A stretch of DNA of 64,000 bases from NCBI GenBank assembly GCA_965235115.1, contig OZ249436.1:41602001-41666000 (forward strand), given 5' to 3'. The notes under the pieces are model-generated. The model was given only the letters and a program-made list of their open reading frames with translations, made no database searches and was not told where the DNA came from. Both the position numbers and the translations under genes were made by a program. Origin of the DNA: Laetmonice hystrix (Eukaryota). This document shows positions 51,601 through 59,674 of the stretch, piece by piece; the first letter of the stretch is position 1, and the number at the start of each line of letters is the position of its first letter.

Positions 51601-54600
51601 ACATGCTTGTTTGAGCACCAAGATTTTATTGTATTTTAGGAGAGTCTGCACCAGCAAGGCCTTCTGTCTGAGGAGGAGAGAGATCGTCTCATTAAGGAAC
51701 AGATGGACAGGCAGGTGGAGCTTGAGCAGGCCATGGAAGCTCGTCGCAATGCACAGTTGGCCTCATTCAAACAGCGCATGGCTGACAGAAAGAAGCGGCG
51801 CATAGACACGCTGAATCGGCAGCACGAACAAGACAAGATGGAGGTTTGTAAAAGATCTCTTTTCTATACGAAATGTGTAAAAAGCTGGATGAACGAATAT
51901 TTCATTTTGGATGAATCCTAGCATCAATTGGTAGAAAACGATGACGAGAACGGCTTTCTGTTCTGACAGCTGTCTACGAAGCTCCTACAGGAAGGTCACC
52001 ACGAGGACCTTGACCGAGTCATCGGTGACCTTGAGAGGAAACAGAAGCGGCAGGTTGAGGCAGTGGAGGCTGAGTTGGATGGTGAAGAGGCAGGTCACGT
52101 GAGGAGCATCACACAGGCTGTCGATGAGGAACACGTCAAGGATGTCAAGGAGGCTCACAAGGACATTATCAGCAAGGTCAGGGTTTTCACAATCAGGACT
52201 AGAACAGTAGGGGATTAATTTATAAAATGTGGAAGATATCATCGACATTATAGATACAATGTACAAATATATGGCAGAATTATGATTTGAAAGACATACT
52301 AAGAAAGATTATCCAGACACACTAGAGGAAGTGTTAACAGACCGATGATTTTACTGACAAAAACGTGGGCACTAACTTTTTCATCTCTCACAGATGTCGG
52401 AGGTTAACTCCGGAATTGATGGAGTTCTGCAACAGCGAATCATGGACCAGTATCGTCGTGACTGTGAGGCTGTCAATGAACAACTTGAATCAAGTCGCTT
52501 GAGACAGTTCAACGACCTGCATGTGAGTTAGACATGTTTATAATCGTGGGTCGCTCAAGGTATTGTATCCAACATCCAACATCTGAATATACCAGTACTG
52601 ATGAATGGTTTACATATACTGATGCAACTACTGTTAGTAATCTTTGGTACTCTGTGGCATCCACAGGCCAAGTTGTCAGCCCGTAAGGCTCGCCGGCTTG
52701 CTGACAGCCAGCGGCAATCTGAGGAAGAGGCAGCAGCACGCTTCCTTGCAGAACAAGAACAACAGATGAAGACGGTCATCGCTCAGAAAGACATCGGTGA
52801 TGATCTCTTCAAGGCACCACTGGTCACATACGGCGAGTCGGTAGAGGAGCAGGCCCTTAAAAAAGAACAGGTATATGGAAATTTTACTGGGGGTTGTCAT
52901 AAAGCAGTGCATCTTTCACATGGCAGGAAAAAAAAACAATATAAAGTAACATCTAAGTTGTCGCAGCAATGTAAATAATAACTAATTGGTTTTCCAGGAG
53001 CGTGCTAAGGAAGAGATCCGTAAGCGTCACAAGGTGGAGCACAAGTCTGTGGCCCAGAAGTTGGAAAGTGATGCCCATAAGGAAGAGGAGGTGCTGATTG
53101 CCAGCTCAGACCAGCAGAGAGAGCAGGCTCTGAGGGAGAAGAAAAATAAACAGGCGGCAGAGCTTGCAGCTCGCAAAGATCTCAGCCAAGAGGAGCTTGC
53201 AGCAGTGAGTCAATTGGAGTAGTTTACGTTAGAGAAGGTTGTACTAGATATGCAAACATGCACCTCATTCTGAAAATGTTAGAACTTATTGTGTCGATCA
53301 ACTAGAAATATGTGCTAATGATGTCGGCATTTTCTAAAAGGATGCCAGAGGCTGACTGTAATATGTACCCCGGTAATGGCCAACATTGTGGATTTGATCG
53401 TCTGTTTAAACCAATGATTGATTTTGTTTGCAGCTAATGGCTGCCCATGAACATGAGCTTCAATTGATGGCTGAAAAGATGGATGCTGACCGACAGCGAC
53501 AAATGGTGACACTCCGTGATAGAATGGCGCAGCGTCGCCGCCGTCGCATGGAAGCTTTGCGACGCAAGCAGGACGTTGAGTTAACTAAGGAGAGTCTGAC
53601 TCAGAAGAAGGAACTGGATGAAATCAAAACTGTTAAGGTGAGTGTGGTCACTACTGCAGAGGTCAATCACATTTTGGAATGCCGTCTGTGCAGTATTAAT
53701 GAGGTTAACGGATTTTCATCCACAGGCACGGGAGGTGGAGCAGCAGGCCATGGAGGAAGGAGTGAAGGAGAATGGTCTGGAGGAGAGTGACAAGGTCATC
53801 AGGGCTGTACAGGCTGAGCGACATGCCCAGGAGCTGAGGGACCTTGACAAACAGTTTACGGCCGAGAAGAAGATTGTGGTGGATGATGCTCTCAGTCAGT
53901 TGGCAGAGCGTTATGAAAGTCTTCATAACGATGCTGTCAAACGCCACGAGGCCGAACTGATAGCGCTACAGGTCAGAGAGGTTTTTTCTGTAGACTGTGA
54001 TCGTTCTTAATTTTTTTTGGTCAAATGGAACTTTTTTTTGGCTCCCGAAGGACTAGGAACAGAGAATTTTTATGGGAACTTGTAAAAAAATAGCAAACCT
54101 TATGTGGTGGATACTCCTTTTTGCTAGCCATCAAAATGAAATAAATAATATGCAGTCGATGATCGTTCTTACATCCCACCAACTTATGTAGATGGCTTAT
54201 GTAGATGACTTTTCTACAACCTTAATTGACCTTTCAGAAGAAGAACTTACCAGATGACGAGTACCAGCTGCGTCGATCTCAGCTCCTCAATAAGCAGCAG
54301 CTAGAGCTCGCTGAGCTTGACCAGCGACACAGCACAGAACAGAAGGAGATAGAACGCGGTGCCCTCACTGACTGGGAGATGCGCTATGCCCAGGCTAAAC
54401 TGAACCTCAAGGAAAAACACTACAAGGTCAGTTTTTCTCTTCTTTCACTTCGATTGTTCAGTTCCTGCCTTCAAACATTAAAACTGTTGATGATCAGCAG
54501 TCAATACATCAACATTTATTCAAGGGGACTTGTTTCGAGGTTGTTAGAATTTTGTAGCAGTTTCCCCCTTTTCTTCAGCTCAATACCTTTATTTCTTTGA

Positions 54601-57600
54601 CATTCAGGAGTTTGCCGAGGCCCTGCGAGGGTTCAACCCCCAGCACCAGAGCGTGGCACAGGCAGAGACAGCAGCCATAGAGTTAGAAGGAGTCCGAAAC
54701 AAGCTCGACCAACAGCGCAAGGAACACGTTGAACTTATCCAGAAGGAACAACAGTGTAAGTATTTGACACAAGAATAAATACATTACAATATAAATATTC
54801 ATATGTCCAAACAAGGTTTCAGTGGCTAGATTTTGAAAATTTGTTCTTCCAGCTTTTTACCAGTATTAGAAAATGGAGACGCTGTCAGACATGTTCACAG
54901 TCTTAAAAAGTGATACATGAATCATCTCTGCATTCTGTAAACTGTTTTTTATTTTCATTTTCAGCATTTGAGTCGGAGGAGGCTCGTCGTGCTCAGGCAG
55001 AGATTGAGGCATATAACCTCTCGCTGGAGAAGGAGACTGAGCGAGAACAGGAGCGCCATGCACGCAACATTGAAGCTCTCAACCAGCGCAAGGAGCAGCT
55101 GGTGCAAGACAAGAAAGACAAACTCAAGGTAGGATTCTCACTTTAATATGGTTACAGTTAGTTAGAGATCATCAGGTGGACGACAACGCTTCTGACAGTA
55201 CAAGAGGAACTATAAGTAAGAGGGCTTTGACAACCTTATAAAATACAACTTTGAAATTTTCATTGAATCATGGATTCCCCAGGCAAGACTTAAATCACTT
55301 TCCTCAAACTGCCTTATGAATTGGTTATTTTGGTGCTGAAATCTTTGTCACCTTGTCCCATACCGCGTGGTAAAGTTAGTGAGTTTGTGGCCAGGTGGAG
55401 CTGCAGAAAATGCAGCAGGCAGGGTCCTCCAAGGAAGAACAGGACCAGATCATGGCTGCCCACCAGCGTGACCTCCAAAACCTTGTCAACAAGATGGACG
55501 CCGACAAACTGCGCATGCAGAGCTCTCTCCAGGAGCGGCTGCGCAGACGGCGCCAGGAGAAACTCAAACAAAAGGAGGACTCGTTGAGTAAGGTCACGGA
55601 GGAGGGCAAGAGAGAGCTGGCTGAGAAACAACGCAGTGAGACAGATCGACTCATGGCTAACCAGGTAGGGTGACAAATTCAGGCAGCAGGTTGATGCAAG
55701 ATCTTTTTTCCACCCAATGAACACATTGATCACTGTTGAAGAAGGCTTAATTGAAGCTATAAGGATCATTAATATTTAGCATAATTTTGTACAATTCAAC
55801 CATTGCTTTCAGCAGTCGCCACCCATTTCCTGTTGCAGAAGTTGTTGCATTATTGAACCAAACTAAAGTGGCGTTTCCATGTGTACGTTTCCATAATTTG
55901 TTTCCATTATCTGTTTCCGTTTCATGGTTCCATTTTGAGGAATCGTCCACTGGGCTCATTTCCATGTCAGCTTCCGTTTCTCCTCAAACAGTGATAATTT
56001 CCCATTAGCATACCGTTTCCAGCATATGTTTAAGCAAATTCTATGGCATTTATAAGCCTATGTTTTGTAGCTTTTTGTCTCGTATCCAAATTTAAATAAA
56101 AGTATTAAAACATCAAGGTGCATCTTTACCGATGCTGTTGGTCTCTCAGTCTCACAAGGATAATGAGAATATTTACTTTCTGATGGTCTAATTATTGGCC
56201 GGTTTGGCGTAAGTCTGTTCCGGTCATGTCCCCACCTCCCTGACAGCATTCATGAGGCCAGTTCATAATAAAATTAACATCACAAGGCCTCTTGCACATC
56301 AAATGTGTTCCCTTTTCACCTAGCGGACATCTGTGGTACTACATTTTGCTCTCCGGGTTGCCATCCGTCTTCGTTTTGATCACTCCCCATTAAGATCGAG
56401 AAACAGAAAACGGAAAGTGAAAACGGAGTCGGACTGCGAAACGTACACATAGAAATGCGCCCGAGCCATGGGAAATAGGCATAAATGATCAAATTGGAAA
56501 CAGATAACAGAAATGGATAATGGAAACGGATAACGGAAATATGCACACGGAAAGGCCACTTAATTTACTTAATTTACTGTGTCAGGTACTGGCGTTAAGA
56601 GAGAGCATCAACATTGACCACATGGTGGCTCCACCGGTTCCGCCAAAAGTAACGCCACAGGTCGCAGAGCAAAGCTCGGCAGTTCCTGGCTCAGCCACTA
56701 CTGCGCCACCTGGTGGGACTGGCCAGGAAGGAGCCATGCCGACGTCATACCAGATGGCAGCACCACTCAATGATGCCGAGTTAACGGCGTTACTGATGGC
56801 GTCTCCACTGTACCAGAAACTGGAAAAAATCAAGAAGTCTGTGAGTGGAGCTGGCAAGTTGAGGCGCAAGGCTGCCCCGGGTAAGAACAGCTCAGAGATC
56901 ATAGTCGGATTACATAAAAATGTTTCTATCAGACAATAACATAGAGAGGAACTCCTGGTGAAACGACTATCCAGAATTAAGCACATGATATATGATTGAT
57001 GTTAGTATTAGTTTATCTGTGATTTATAATGTGATGTAGTGTTAGTTCTCTGTGATCTCAATACGCCTAAAATTAATCCATGAATTATTTTCACTTTTGA
57101 CTTTCTACCTCAACCTGTAATATAAAACATGGTGTACATATGTTGGATGATGTCATCACAGGACCCCGCTTTCATGACGGCTCCCAGCCGAGTAGGTAAT
57201 CCTGTATAAAGATGCTCAATAAAAAATTAAAAAAAAGAAGATGTGTTTAGGAGGAAAGCATAGGATAGCATCTGTATTGTTATGAAACAGGTCAGCTATA
57301 CTATAACAGGGTGAGTAAAAAAAAACGATACACTCACCCTTTTTTGACTCACCCTGTAGTATATCTAAACCGTCACTCATTTCATAAAAGGAAGAATTAG
57401 GGGACCCATAATGGTGTTTCAAGAAATAAAGCAAACCACACTGAAAGCCTGTTCTTGTTTCCTTGTACTATACAGGGGATAGTTACATAGACCTACAAGA
57501 TGCAGAATGGACCATTGATGACGAACTGGAACCAGTGGATTTGAACAAGTTACCTGGACGCACATTTGTCGTTTACAAGTTTGGCTGTTTCGTTGTGGAC

Positions 57601-59674
57601 CTTCTTGCTGCACACTGCCAGCATAAACCAGTCACATTGCTCCTTGCGGAAAAGATTCCAGCCAATAAGCAGCTCTCTAACAATGCTTATCGTAACTCGT
57701 TTTACTATGACGCAAACAATTCTATTCTGTACCTGCGTGTTGCTCGACTGGACTGTGTGGGTCAGTTTGTACTGGTTCTTGTGCACACATTGGCCCACAT
57801 CAAGGCTGGTAAGTGAACACAAAATGTTCACCCATTTTAAACCATTTAAGCCAAGAATCTTGGATTACTCTCAATCAGTGAAGTTTGATGTAGGTTTGAA
57901 ATCTTGGATTACTCTCTATCAGTGAAGTCTGATGTAGGTTTGAAAGAAATTGTAACTAAGTCAATGAGTCGATCATTACATGAATCCAATCAAACAATAT
58001 AACATTCTGTCCCAACTCAATAGGTGATCTCGAAGACGACCACAGCCCTGAGTTTGCACTACAGTTCTACCGTGCCCTATCAGTCGTTTGTGACGATCTG
58101 TTCTTCGCCCGCTACCGCCAAGAGTCGTCCCCAGCTGAGACTCTGTCCAAATCGTCTGGAGTTGATGTGAAGGAGGCAGCCTCTGGCCTGCTGGCCGCCA
58201 TGTTTGGCAACACGTACAATGAGGAGGAAAGGTCGCAGGTGGTGGATGACCTCCTGGAGACGCGCATTCTTCCCGGCACAGATGGGAACGGTGTCTCCTT
58301 TAGCAAAGACAAGATAAAAGAGAGGTACATTGTCTATCATATGACATTATGTTAGAATTTGAAAGAATTTATTTTTTCTGTTTTTATATTTTAAGTTCTC
58401 ATTTACTTTGATTAGTTTAAACATGGATGTAAACGTGTGTTCTAGGTTGGACAAGTACACACGTTATTCGGTGAGTCACAAGCTACAGAACTGTCTTGGT
58501 GATGTGGAGGAGAAAATCAGGGTGGCCAAGGGAACAGGATCAAAGATGTTGGCCTCACAACGACTCAAAGAGTTGCTGCCGGAATCAACTCTAGGTATGA
58601 GCCAACTCGATTCTTATCGTATATCTAAATTCTAAAGAGCCTGGTCCATTAAGGCGATTTTCATTGTGACGTCCATGCGATTTTGACATCACTGTTTTAT
58701 TTTTACTTTTTGGATTAAAGAACCCATTTCCTGAAACGGGGAAGGCCAGCCAGGAAAGATTTCAGATTGAAATTCCACCATTAAATCAAAAATCGCATTT
58801 CTTGAGAGTTGAACTATTCCTAGATTAAACCCACTGTGGGTCTGTGGTACTAGGAGACATGAGAGTTTTCTGCAGATCTAGGCTACATATTTCAAAGGAT
58901 TTCCAACAGAAGTATCAATCATGGTATTGGTTATTTTCCTACAGGTAGCTCACTGGCGACTCAGCCTGCTCAGGTTCTTCCGGAAAGCCGCATTCTAGCT
59001 AACATGACTGGTCATGCTCTCTGGCAAACATTCACTAACCAAGAATCTGGGACAAAAGCTGATACGGATTCGGCCAAGACACCAAGAAAGCGAGGACCAC
59101 CTCATGAGGAACTGCTAAAGGTGAGTGTGTTCTTCTCCAACGTCCATGTTTCAAAAGCAAATATTTTCTGAAGATCTTGAATGGTAGTGCGTCGGACTAC
59201 CTCAATTAATTATGCAGGAGTTTCTTTTATGAAACATCGTAAAAAAACATGTCACTGATACTCAAATTCCTCTATCTTCTTTTCCAGTCAAAGGTCGAGG
59301 ATCTTGAAAATCGCCTGGACGAACTTTACGCTGACTTCTCAGAACAGAGCCGGAGTATCATAGATGTCACCGAACAGATTGATGGTACAGCAGAAGAGGT
59401 TGCCATGGAAACAGAGCTCGCCAACAATACGCCAGGTGTGGAAGCTGGGAAACACGTGACCAGCCTGAAGGAATCGACGGCACGTCTCAGAGAGCTCCGG
59501 TCAAAACTAGCCAGACTGGAGTGTCAGAAATCTACGACCTCAGACAAATTAGAGAAGTGCCAACAAGAACTGGAGACTACACGACAACAGAAATATGAAG
59601 TGTTGGAAGAGGGGGTTCGCCAACCTAAAGAAAAGGTCACCCCCACTAAATCTGTTAAAGGAAAGAAGAAGTGA
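210..59674 (+). CDS. Giant multi-exon gene (5' end outside window): >=9,592-aa type I membrane protein with Cys-rich ephrin-receptor-like (GCC2/GCC3) repeats, single TM helix and long coiled-coil cytoplasmic tail
   Basis: Exons traced by AG/GT (one GC) boundaries that keep the Cys-repeat frame: 210-351,574-775,934-1049,1348-1611,2077-2165,2481-2594,2759-2842,2978-3205,3469-3631,3929-4047,4330-4515,4736-4980,5170-5390,5772-5892,6010-7649,7799-7940,8195-9918,10380-10571,10966-11100,11484-11750,11995-12351,12626-12805,13233-13349,13689-13841,14118-14270,14440-14655,14938-16113,16286-16540,16804-17037,17240-17427,17670-17836,18079-18323,18516-19451,19693-20983,21251-21864,22054-22395,22650-23171,23570-23690,23827-24041,24223-24456,24882-25133,26130-26264,26546-26869,27114-27281,27410-27520,27716-27901,28110-28325,28522-28803,29082-29288,29429-29695,29986-30273,30414-30683,30872-31081,31605-31904,32120-32275,32393-32575,32911-33072,33290-33499,34243-34422,34598-34870,36267-36401,36658-36882,37133-37429,37691-37813,37953-38118,38309-38484,38727-38918,39036-39257,40727-40980,41190-41410,41795-42015,42331-42474,42621-42788,42961-43287,43469-43577,43757-44031,44238-44393,44674-45685,45912-46062,46491-46629,47718-47917,48457-48611,48755-48903,49274-49451,49575-49755,49891-50110,50344-50483,50669-50837,50986-51161,51313-51507,51640-51843,51970-52176,52394-52522,52667-52870,52998-53204,53434-53637,53726-53971,54238-54426,54608-54755,54965-55128,55395-55664,56586-56880,57476-57808,58024-58324,58446-58594,58945-59120,59288-59674 (TGA). 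Sum 28,779 nt = 9,593 codons including the stop, starting in phase 0. A possible extra 51-nt exon at 46842-46892 is not counted. Confidence 0.9.
1099..1274. mobile_element. MITE-like foldback element with ~55-bp inverted arms (intron 3)
   Basis: taaactcgtttgaattcggtttccgcgtcggactgcagcgatggcccagtcgc ... gcgattgggccatcgctgcggtccgacgcggaaaccgaattcaatagagttta. Left flank is TTAA|AG; a CT|TTAA lies ~20 bp past the right arm, so the TSD is ambiguous. Confidence 0.75.
6010..7649 (+). CDS. Large internal exon 15 of the giant gene (Cys-rich repeats)
   Basis: Acceptor tttttcag|c at 6008-6009, donor gaag|gtaaaa at 7650; matches ORF 6074..7753. Confidence 0.92.
8195..9918 (+). CDS. Large internal exon 17 of the giant gene (Cys-rich repeats)
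   Basis: Acceptor ttctag|t, donor acag|gtgaga; matches ORF 8133..9968. Confidence 0.92.
11124..11307. mobile_element. Tc1/mariner (pogo/Tigger-like) MITE
   Basis: TA|CAGTCAGACCTCGCTTATCCGGA ... TAATGAGGTCTGACTC|TA; TA TSD on both sides. Confidence 0.75.
12626..40980 (+). CDS. Ectodomain block 2: ~700-aa super-repeat region of GCC2/GCC3-like Cys repeats (6 full periods, 7 marker copies)
   Basis: Three independent rare sub-motifs recur every ~2.1 kb of spliced CDS (see findings). N-x-S/T sequons are abundant (NQTG, NYTG, NVTG, NSTG). Confidence 0.85.
12928..13079. mobile_element. Palindromic MITE with CAG target-site duplication (PIF/Harbinger-like)
   Basis: ~70-bp inverted arms (gagccggttttactaaag...agtgaatgg / ccattcact...ctttagtaaaaccggccc) around a ~10-nt loop; CAG at 12925-12927 and 13080-13082. 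Confidence 0.8.
14938..16113 (+). CDS. Large internal exon 27 of the giant gene
   Basis: Acceptor gttacag|ct, donor actg|gtgcgt; matches ORF 15009..16184. Confidence 0.9.
18516..19451 (+). CDS. Large internal exon 33 of the giant gene
   Basis: Acceptor cttcag|gt, donor acag|gtacgt; matches ORF 18476..19459. Confidence 0.9.
19693..20983 (+). CDS. Large internal exon 34 of the giant gene
   Basis: Acceptor cccacag|ga, donor aatgg|gttggt; matches ORF 19644..21056. Confidence 0.9.
23261..23431. mobile_element. MITE with CAG TSD (PIF/Harbinger-like)
   Basis: CAG|GGGTGCGTTCCAC ... GTGGAACACACCC|CAG; repeated aaagacgtcttt subterminal motifs. Confidence 0.8.
23440..23479 (+). repeat. 40-nt copy (39/40 identical) of the intron41/exon42 junction at 26117-26156
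   Basis: gtgttccctgtaggtgactgcagtgctagcttctactgct vs gtgttccctgtaggtgactgcagtgctggcttctactgct. Confidence 0.9.
25182..25859. mobile_element. Non-autonomous Tc2-like (TcMar) DNA transposon
   Basis: TA|CCGTAATCTTCCGTGTACAAGCCGC left end; GCAGCTTATACACGGAAGAGTAC right end (last bases diverged); internal direct repeat ggccatgtataagccgcaccc near both ends. Confidence 0.7.
31162..31336. mobile_element. MITE with CAGTGGCGTACCCAGA TIR (hAT-like ends) and 5-bp GTAAC duplication
   Basis: GTAAC|CAGTGGCGTACCCAGA ... TCTGGGTACACCACTG|GTAAC. Confidence 0.8.
33727..34262 (+). repeat. 62-63-bp minisatellite, 8 copies plus the real intron58/exon59 junction
   Basis: Unit tattctgtgcccaggataatgtctgccatgtacactttctgggtcagata(a/g)tttgtcact(t)tg. 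AG ends at 33740, 33802, 33865, 33927, 33990, 34053, 34116, 34179; the functional AG ends at 34242. Confidence 0.97.
39350..39660. repeat. Possible interspersed repeat fragment in intron 68
   Basis: Contains atgaaatttggcaca and gcagccatttt motifs typical of invertebrate non-autonomous elements; no TIR or TSD resolved. Confidence 0.3.
40981..41189 (+). other. Non-canonical GC-AG intron
   Basis: Exon 69 ends CAT ATG|GCAAGT and exon 70 starts in phase 0 (GTT GAC CTA). The nearby GT alternatives are phase 1 and break the frame. Confidence 0.75.
44674..45685 (+). CDS. Exon 78: last Cys repeats, then a distinct Cys-rich linker (CECIGKYRAFQTSDGACRCLSGY...)
   Basis: Acceptor ctccag|gt, donor gaag|gtatag; matches ORF 44652..45845. 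Confidence 0.9.
46842..46892 (+). CDS. Candidate 51-nt symmetric (phase 1-1) extra exon, VEDATFAIVNGKSHSLP
   Basis: Acceptor gtgtcttgcag, open frame in phase with exon 80, donor ccag|gtacca (weak). Confidence 0.5.
47979..48350. mobile_element. CMC/EnSpm-like non-autonomous element with 2-bp CT TSD and duplicated right half
   Basis: CT|CCCAGATAGCACACAG ... CTGTGTGCTATCTGGA|CT; internal ~50-bp inverted arms; a second right end (TGTGTGCTATCTTG) finishes at 48191. Confidence 0.75.
48888..49332 (+). CDS. Single transmembrane helix (split over exons 83/84): WGLIVGMLASLAACVVMLVVAVIVW
   Basis: 25 uncharged, mostly hydrophobic residues followed directly by basic RPRDAGIYPMKHWKPKYR (positive-inside rule). 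Confidence 0.85.
49575..55664 (+). CDS. Cytoplasmic coiled-coil region (exons 85-101), E/K/R/Q-rich with repeated MxAHxxxL...MDAD...LxxRxxxRRR modules
   Basis: [27 protein letters not shown], then charged helical exons; ten consecutive phase-0 introns. Confidence 0.85.
55867..56560. mobile_element. Non-autonomous DNA transposon with TAA TSD (PIF/Harbinger-like) and TTTCC/GGAAA subterminal arrays
   Basis: TAA|AGTGGCGTTTCCATGTG ... CACACGGAAAGGCCACT|TAA; tttcc(a/g)t repeats at the left end and (c/t)ggaaa repeats at the right end. Confidence 0.75.
57307..57356. mobile_element. Tiny internally deleted Tc1/mariner remnant
   Basis: CAGGGTGAGTAAAAAA ... TTTTTGACTCACCCTG|TA; only the right TA is intact. 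Confidence 0.5.
57476..58324 (+). CDS. Cytoplasmic globular alpha/beta domain with zincin-like HTLAH...DHSPEF motif (exons 103-104)
   Basis: Translation ...NSFYYDANNSILYLRVARLDCVGQFVLVLVHTLAHIKAG|DLEDDHSPEFALQFY...; the exon calls are firm, the fold call is inference. Confidence 0.7.
57856..57943 (+). repeat. Two-copy 44-bp tandem duplication in intron 103
   Basis: aatcttggattactctc(a/t)atcagtgaagt(t/c)tgatgtaggtttga x2. Confidence 0.9.
59288..59674 (+). CDS. Terminal coding exon of the giant gene (coiled coil, ends ...KSVKGKKK*)
   Basis: Acceptor tttccag|tca; open to TGA at 59672-59674 (ORF 59249..59674). Confidence 0.9.
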   Translation, partial: SKVEDLENRLDELYADFSEQSRSIIDVTEQIDGTAEEVAMETELANNTPGVEAGKHVTSLKESTARLRELRSKLARLECQKSTTSDKLEKCQQELETTRQQKYEVLEEGVRQPKEKVTPTKSVKGKKK

